From the IMG/VR virus record IMGVR_UViG_3300037755_000658, positions 1 through 41,461 of that record: DNA of 41,461 nucleotides; one strand, 5' to 3'. The DNA is from a virus. Taxonomy: Duplodnaviria; Caudoviricetes. This document shows, in pieces, positions 35,103 through 41,461 of the stretch. The stretch's first letter is position 1; each line of letters starts with the position of its first letter. The notes under the pieces are model-generated. The model had not been told where the DNA came from. It worked only from the letters and a program-made list of their open reading frames with translations, and did no database searches. The translations under genes were made by a program, and so were the position numbers.

Positions 35103-35615
35103 ATGCCCCGCGCGTCCAACGCCTCTCTCGGTCTGGAGCTGACCCCGCAGAACCTGCGGGCCATCTCCCGCGCGCTGCGCGCCGAGGAGGACGGCAAGCA
35201 GTTGCGCAAGGAGCTCACCCGCAATATGCGGGAGGCGCTCAAGCCAGGAGCCGCGGAGGCGAAATCGTCGATCATGTCGATGGCGTCGGCGACACCGCAC
35301 GGCGGCCCGGCGCTGAAGTCCGCGATCGCGCGGAGGATCCGGCCCGAGGCCCGTATCTCGGGCAAGTTCCCCGGCGCGAAGATCAAAGCCATGAAGACGC
35401 CGAACCTGCGCGGCTTCGCCAATGCGGCCAAGCGCACGAACCGTGCTTCGGGCTGGCGGCACCCCGTCTACGGCAACCGTGAGGTGTGGGTCCAGCAGCA
35501 CGGCAAGACCAAGTGGTTCGACCGCGCGTTCGAAGGCCAGGAGGGCCGCTACAAGCGGGCTGTCCAGTTCGCGCTGGCCGACATGATCAACCGCATCGCA
35601 TCCCGGTCCGACTGA
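35103..35615 (+). CDS. HK97 gp10-like basic neck/tail protein
   Basis: AAGGAG RBS; WRHPVYGNREVWVQQ...WFDRA. Confidence 0.7.
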   Translation: MPRASNASLGLELTPQNLRAISRALRAEEDGKQLRKELTRNMREALKPGAAEAKSSIMSMASATPHGGPALKSAIARRIRPEARISGKFPGAKIKAMKTPNLRGFANAAKRTNRASGWRHPVYGNREVWVQQHGKTKWFDRAFEGQEGRYKRAVQFALADMINRIASRSD

Positions 35616-35637
35616 ACATACGAGCAAGGCGGTCACG

Positions 35638-36027
35638 TTGAAGGTCACCTACACCCCCGATGAAAGCGATGAGCAGGTCTTCGACTACAACCCGAACAAA
35701 CTCATGTCGGCCGAGCGTGAAGCCCTGGAAACGCGCACCGGCAAGAGCTTCAACGACTTCGCCATGGGCATTCTCCGGGGCAACGCCCTGTGCCGGCGGG
35801 CGCTGCTGCACGTCCTGCTGAAACGGCAGCATCCCACGCTCCGCTTCGACGACGTCGACTTCTGCTGGGACGAACTCAAGATCGAGATGACCAAGGGCGA
35901 GATCGAGCTCGCCGTCGCCCGCCTGCGGGAGAAGAACGGCGACGAGGAGCTCATCGAGGGCATGCTCAAGCAGTTCGACGAGGCGCCGGATGACGAGGGA
36001 AAAGCCCGGCTGCCCTTCGCCGTCTGA
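35638..36027 (+). CDS. Tail assembly chaperone G
   Basis: Upstream of tape measure; slippery G GGA AAA at 35997-36003. Confidence 0.8.
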   Translation: MKVTYTPDESDEQVFDYNPNKLMSAEREALETRTGKSFNDFAMGILRGNALCRRALLHVLLKRQHPTLRFDDVDFCWDELKIEMTKGEIELAVARLREKNGDEELIEGMLKQFDEAPDDEGKARLPFAV

Positions 36028-36176
36028 GGCACCTGGGCAATGCCGCTCACCTGCTGCACATGACCCCCCGCGACTGGGACCTACTGACCGTCGAGGAAGA
36101 GGACCACCTCCTGGACTGGCTGGAGGCCTACACCGCCCACATGGAGGAGACCGCCCGCAAGTCCGGCCAGTCCTGA
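35997..36176 (+). CDS. Tail assembly chaperone GT extension via -1 programmed frameshift
   Basis: -1 frame open: SPAALRRLRHLGNAAHLLHMTPRDWDLLTVEE...KSGQS*, TGA 36174-36176. Confidence 0.8.
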   Translation, partial: GKSPAALRRLRHLGNAAHLLHMTPRDWDLLTVEEEDHLLDWLEAYTAHMEETARKSGQS

Positions 36177-36198
36177 CCCGCACACAGGAAGGCTGTGG

Positions 36199-36306
36199 GT
36201 GAAGCCGCAGCCCAACGGCCAACGCGTCGAAGATCTTGTTCATTGGGTGATCGAGAGCTACCGCGAGGAAGTTCTCCGACAGCTGGGTGGTGACCACCCC
36301 CAGTAG
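36199..36306 (+). CDS. Possible 35-aa ORF between GT and tape measure
   Basis: AGGAAGG RBS; (M)KPQPNGQRVEDLVHWVIESYREEVLRQLGGDHPQ*. Confidence 0.35.
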   Translation: MKPQPNGQRVEDLVHWVIESYREEVLRQLGGDHPQ

Positions 36307-36322
36307 AAATGGAGGTGGTCCT

Positions 36323-38594
36323 ATGAGCGATACGTCGCTCGTATTTCGCCCTGTCCACCCGGGACACCACCGGCCGCGGCATGCGGTCCGGGCGCCGCAC
36401 GGTGGAAAGGGAAACCGCCGCGATGGCGGATGCCGCGTCCGACAACGGGGCGAAGATGGGCACCGCACTGGCCGCGGCGGGAGCGGCCGCCGGGGCCCTG
36501 GCGGCGGCCGCGCTGATGTCCACACTGGAACAGGCCCTGGACGTGTCCAACGCGACCGCCCGTCTGGAAGCCCAGCTCGCCAACACCGGCGCCGACGTCG
36601 CCCAGGCCACCGACGCCATGACCAACGTGTTCACCGACGGCTGGGGCCAGTCGGCCGCCGAAGTCGGCGACGCCATCAAGTCCGTGACCCTGAACATGGA
36701 CGACTTCACCGGCAACCAGCAGGGCCTGGAAGACATGACGAAGAAGGCCATGGCCCTGGCCAACGTCTTCGACGACGACATCAACAAGGCCACCGCGGCG
36801 GCCGGCCAGATGGTCAAGACCGGCATGGCGGACAGCTTCGAGGAGGCGATGGACCTCATCGCCGCCGGTATGGGCAGCGTCGCCAACAAGTCCGAGGACC
36901 TCCTCGACACCTTCAACGAGTACTCCACCCAGTTCCGCCGCCTCGGCCTGGACGGCGCCACCGCCATGGGCCTGATCAGCCAGGGACTCAAGGCCGGCGC
37001 GCGGGACGCCGACAGCGTGGCGGACGCCATCGGCATCTTCGGCGAGATGGCGCTGGCCGGGGGCGACCAGGTCAACCAGGCGTTCTCCTCGATCGGCCTG
37101 AACGGCGAGGACATCGGCAGGAAGATGCGGGCCGGTGGCGACCAGGCCACCCAAGCCCTGCAGGACACCATGGATGCCCTGCGCGGCACCGACGACGAGA
37201 CGGTCCGTCTGGCCGCCTCCCAGGTCCTGTTCGGGGACCTCGCCAACACGCAAGCCGACGCCTTGTTCGCCCTGGACCCCGCCTCGGCGGCCGCCGCCGC
37301 CGGCTTCGATGACGTGGCGGGCGCCGCTGACAAAGTCGTCAAGAAACTCGAAGACTCCCCCGCGATGAAGATGGAAGCCTTCAAGCGGGGCGTGCAGCAG
37401 AACGTCATCGACTTCCTGGGCGGCACCGTGCTCCCTGCGGTGACCGACTTCAAGAACCGCTTCCAGAAGACCTTCGGCAGCATCTGGGCCGAGGCCGGGA
37501 AGGACAGCGGTGACGCCGCCGACCGGGTGATCAACTTTTTCGCGATCCTGGGTCAGCGCGTCGGGCAGAAGATCGTCGAGCTGGCCCCGAAGGCGATCGA
37601 AGGCCTGGTCGGCTTCGGCCAGAAGATCGCCGATTACGTCGTGGCGAACCCGGAGAAGGTCCTCAAGATCGCGGTGATTGCTGCGGCGGTCATCGGCGCG
37701 ATCGCGAAACTTCCCCTCCTCGTCGCCGCAGCCCTCGCGGCGGCAGCAACCGCTATGATCGTCGGCTTCACACAGCAGCTCATCACCACCACCAACGAGA
37801 GACTTCAAGGCTGGTGGACCTCGTTCACCACCTGGGTGTCCTCGGTCGCAGCCCGGGCACCCGGCACATTCGGTGCGGTCGGCGCGGCAATCGGCGGCTG
37901 GTTCTCCGGCCTGTGGAGCAAGTACGTGTCCGGGCCCGTCAACCGCCAATGGGAATCCTTCCTCGGCTCGGTGCGTGGCCTGCCCGGCCGGGCGTCCGCC
38001 GCCCTGAACCCACTCGGCGGATCCCTCTCCAGCGTCTCATCCAAGGCCTGGCAGCGGTTCAAGGACGCAGCCGGTGCCAAGGCGGCGCAGTTTCTTACCT
38101 GGACGCGAGGCCTCCCCGGACGGATCTCCAGCGGCATCGGCTCGACGAAGGGCCTGCTCTACAGCAAGGGCCGCGACGTGGTGACCGGCCTGTGGAACGG
38201 CGTCTCGTCGCTGGGTGGCTGGCTGTGGAACAAGATCAGTTCCTTCGTCAGCAACAACGTCGTCAATGCCGCGAAGAGCTTCCTGCGTGAAGACTCGCCA
38301 TCGAAGTTGATGGCCGACGAGATCGGGCACTGGATTCCCCCTGGTATCGCGATGGGCGCCGAGGACAACCGCGGCGTTCTCGACGACACGATGCGCGGCC
38401 TGGTCGATCCCGCGCTCGCCAGGCCTGCCGCCCGCCCACTGGCCGCGGTGGCACCGTTCGCGGGCACGGCCGCGGGCAGCCAACAGGTCCTGGTGCGAGT
38501 CGTCTTCGACGGCCCCAAGGAGATGACCCGCCTAGTCCGGGAGATCGTCGCCGACGTCGGCGGCGGCAGCGTCCAGAAGGCGTTCGGGCAGTAG
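36323..38594 (+). CDS. Tape measure protein, with an apparent 1-nt insertion near 36344-36346
   Basis: GGAGG RBS + MSDTSLVF at 36323, one base out of frame with the 737-aa ORF from 36381; DLLDTFNEYS and SPSKLM motifs. Confidence 0.85.
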
Positions 38595-38603
38595 GAGGCA
38601 GCC

Positions 38604-41381
38604 GTGGTGTTTCCGCAGACACCGCTCGATGTCCTGATCGAGCTGTACATCTCCGGCACGTGGACGGACATCACCAGCGATGTCTATACGCGGGTCGGCA
38701 TCAGCATCAGCCGCGGCCGGGCCGACTACGGCCAGCAGGTCGACCCGTCCCGGTGCAGCATGACCTTGAACAACCAGTCGGGCAAGTACAGCTCGCGCAA
38801 CCCGCTCTCGCCGTACTACGGACTCATCGGCCGCAACACACCGGTCCAGGTATCGGTGAGGGCAGGCACCCCATTCCTCAGTCTGCCTGGGGCCAACAGC
38901 GACGTGGCCTTCACCCCCGATGACGCTGCGCTGGACATCACGGGCGATATCGATGTACGCGCTGATGCACAGCTGACCAACTGGCTGGACGCCTCTGACT
39001 CCCTAAATACCACGGAGATTGTCGGCAAGTTGCTGGCGCCGAGCGACAAGGCCTGGTTCCTGGGCGTGCGCTTGAACCGCTTGTACTTCGAGTGGTCGTC
39101 GGACGGGTCGACCGCGCTTGGGGCCTCATCGACCGTGCAGCCGGCCATCCCCCCGTCCGGCAGGCTCGCGATCCGCGCTACCTTCGACGTCGACAACGGC
39201 TCCAGTGGTCGCACGGTCACCTTCTACACCGCACCCAGCGGGGTGTCCGGGCCGTGGACGCAGCTCGGTGACCCAGTCGTGCAGCCGGGTACCACGAGCA
39301 TCTTCAACAGCACCGCGTCCCTGATCGTGGGGAACCCCACCAACGTAGCGATGACCCCGGCCGCAGGCCGGTGCTACGCGCTGGAGATCCGCAACGGCAT
39401 CGGCGGCACCGTCGTCGCCAGCCCGGACTTCACCGACCAGCCGGTCGGCATCACCAGCTTCACCGACTCTGCCGGCCGCCTCTGGACGCTGGCGGGCGAT
39501 GTAGAGATCACCAACCGGCGTACTCGGTTCGTGGGTGAGGTTTCATCCTGGCCCTCCCGGTGGGATGTCTCCGGCAATGACGTGTCGGTGCCGGTCCAGG
39601 CCGCGGGGATCCTGCGCCGTCTCGGGCAGGGCGCCAAAGTGCTCCAGTCCGCGATGCGGCGCGAGCTGGAGAGCCCATCCCGGGCCGGCATTGTTGCCTA
39701 CTGGCCGGGCGAGGACGACACGGATGCCACACAGATCGCCTCGGCGATCGGGGGACACCCCGCCATGACGGTGACCGGCGATGTGGACATGGCCGCCTAC
39801 AGCGACTGGGCCGCATCCGCTGCCCTGCCGCTGATGAAGACCGGCACCCTCACCGCCAGCGTGCCCACCTATGAGGTCACCAACTACGCCTTCACCCGGT
39901 TCTTCATGCGTGTCGACCCTGACGGTGTCGCATCGGAGACGCCGCTGCTGACCCTGAACACGACCGGCACCGCAGCACAGTGGCTTGTCACTGTCAGGGC
40001 GGACAGCTATCTATCCGTCTATGCCTACGACAGTGACGGCGTCGAAATCTACTCCTCGGCATACTTCACCTACGACCTCAACGGGCTGCTGCTCTCGGTG
40101 GCCTTCGAACTGACCCAGAACGGCGCCGACGTCGATTGGGTTTTGAATCCTTTCGACATCAGCGCGTCCACGCTGGCTAGCGCTGTCAGTCTGGGCGCGG
40201 CCTCCGACACGGTCATCGGCCAAACCTTCGGCCGCGTCACCAGCATCCGGATCGGCGCAGGCGGCGGCCTCGCTGACACCGCCGTCGGCCACATCGCACT
40301 CGCCAACAGCAACACCGCCTACGTCAACACCAACGGCGCTATTGTCGGCTGGGCCGGTGAAAGCGCCGGGGCCCGTTTCCTGCGCATCACCGGTGAGCAG
40401 TCCATCCCCAGTGTGCTCGCTGGGATCGCGGACGATGGAATCCTGATGGGCCATCAGCGGTCGGATGAGCTGCTCGATCTGCTGGAGGAGGCAGCCGACA
40501 CCGACGGCGGGATCCTGTACGAGCGGCGGGACGCGACAGCTTTGGTCTACCGTGACCGCGTCTCCCTGTATAACCAGACCGTTGCGCTGACCCTGGACTA
40601 CACCGCGTCCGGTGAGGTGGCGCCGCCGCTGGAGCCCGTGGAGGATGACCAGCGCGTACGCAATGACCGCACGGTCAAGCGTATCGGCGGGTCCGCCGGG
40701 CGGGCGGTGCTGGAGTCCGGGCCCCTGTCGGTACAGTCGCCGCCGGATGGTGTCGGCATCTACGACGACAGCGTCGACCTGAGCCTGTACACCGATGATC
40801 AGGCCGTGCAGATCGCCGCGTGGCGGATGCATCTGGGCACCGTGGACGAGGCGCGCTACCCCCAGGTCCGCGTCGACCTGGCGGCGGGCCCCCACCTGGC
40901 AGCCACGGCCACGGCGGTCGATGTCGGGGACCGCATCCAGATCGCCAACCCACCGGCGTGGCTGCCGCCCGACACGATCGATCTACTCGCCGAGGGATAC
41001 ACCGAGACGATCGGTGTCTATGACTGGGACATCGTCTACAACTGCTCGCCGGCCGGGCCGTGGAATGTGTTCGTGCTGGGTGACCCAATCTTGGGGCGTG
41101 CGGATACCAGCGGATCGGAGCTGGCCTCGTTGGTGACGGCGTCGGGCACGTCTCTTGTGGTGGCGACGGATTCGGGGTATCGGACGTGGATCACCACAGC
41201 CACCCACCCGACCGAGTTTCCGTTCAACGCGTGGCTGGGGGGTGAGGTGGTGCGGGTGACCGGCATCACCGGCACTACCAGCCCGCAGACGTGGACGGTA
41301 GTGAGGGGTGTGAATGGGGTCTCCCGGTCCTGGCCCGCGGGCACACGGATCCGGCTGTCCCGATCGGCGGTGGGGCTCTGA
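38604..41381 (+). CDS. Large minor tail/baseplate protein with LamG-like domains
   Basis: WTDITSDV, ISRGR, AYWP; directly after tape measure. Confidence 0.8.
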   Translation: MVFPQTPLDVLIELYISGTWTDITSDVYTRVGISISRGRADYGQQVDPSRCSMTLNNQSGKYSSRNPLSPYYGLIGRNTPVQVSVRAGTPFLSLPGANSDVAFTPDDAALDITGDIDVRADAQLTNWLDASDSLNTTEIVGKLLAPSDKAWFLGVRLNRLYFEWSSDGSTALGASSTVQPAIPPSGRLAIRATFDVDNGSSGRTVTFYTAPSGVSGPWTQLGDPVVQPGTTSIFNSTASLIVGNPTNVAMTPAAGRCYALEIRNGIGGTVVASPDFTDQPVGITSFTDSAGRLWTLAGDVEITNRRTRFVGEVSSWPSRWDVSGNDVSVPVQAAGILRRLGQGAKVLQSAMRRELESPSRAGIVAYWPGEDDTDATQIASAIGGHPAMTVTGDVDMAAYSDWAASAALPLMKTGTLTASVPTYEVTNYAFTRFFMRVDPDGVASETPLLTLNTTGTAAQWLVTVRADSYLSVYAYDSDGVEIYSSAYFTYDLNGLLLSVAFELTQNGADVDWVLNPFDISASTLASAVSLGAASDTVIGQTFGRVTSIRIGAGGGLADTAVGHIALANSNTAYVNTNGAIVGWAGESAGARFLRITGEQSIPSVLAGIADDGILMGHQRSDELLDLLEEAADTDGGILYERRDATALVYRDRVSLYNQTVALTLDYTASGEVAPPLEPVEDDQRVRNDRTVKRIGGSAGRAVLESGPLSVQSPPDGVGIYDDSVDLSLYTDDQAVQIAAWRMHLGTVDEARYPQVRVDLAAGPHLAATATAVDVGDRIQIANPPAWLPPDTIDLLAEGYTETIGVYDWDIVYNCSPAGPWNVFVLGDPILGRADTSGSELASLVTASGTSLVVATDSGYRTWITTATHPTEFPFNAWLGGEVVRVTGITGTTSPQTWTVVRGVNGVSRSWPAGTRIRLSRSAVGL

Positions 41382-41461
41382 TGGCGATGATTTCCATGAT
41401 GGTCGGCGGGGTCACCGACACCACCGCCCGGTTCGCCGCGAAGGTGGGCACGGGGCCGGTC
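41381..41461 (+). CDS. Next tail-region gene, 5' fragment
   Basis: TGATG coupling; MAMISMMVGGVTDTTARFAAKVGTGPV... runs off the window. Confidence 0.55.
   Translation, partial: MAMISMMVGGVTDTTARFAAKVGTGPV

Noticed and set aside
35997-36003. GGGAAAA frameshift as a novelty
   Set aside because: Standard G/GT programmed frameshift of long-tailed phages
1-41461. tRNA, rRNA, IS elements, reverse transcriptase, other cas genes
   Set aside because: None recognised by eye; tRNAscan-SE, Infernal and HMM searches would be needed to exclude them formally

Overview
High-GC actinobacterial (Streptomyces-like) temperate siphovirus, most of one genome in circularly permuted order: end of lysis cassette, accessory region (two tandem secreted peptides, HicAB-like pair, SLOG protein, XRE-TPR regulator, Cys-rich microproteins, DUF397), an apparently intact attP, large serine integrase, cI/Cro switch, early and replication genes with an iteron origin, HNH, putative cos, terminase, portal, protease, capsid, a glycosyltransferase/methyltransferase/epimerase cassette, and tail genes. 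The standout is at 18501-19850: a stand-alone Cas7/RAMP-like gene and a coupled wHTH/coiled-coil gene, followed by two 125-nt-spaced non-coding units of strictly phased GGY+NN pentamers, each ending in an identical hairpin. This is a candidate RNA-guided system with a non-contiguous guide code (from memory, matching recently reported VIPR systems). Read as NN+skip, guide 1 resembles the lytic (Cro) promoter of a heteroimmune relative. Also notable: a 61/62-nt-period repeat cluster resembling type I-E CRISPR repeats after the integrase, and a 1-nt frameshift at the start of the tape measure gene. All product calls come from motif recognition by eye; no searches were run.
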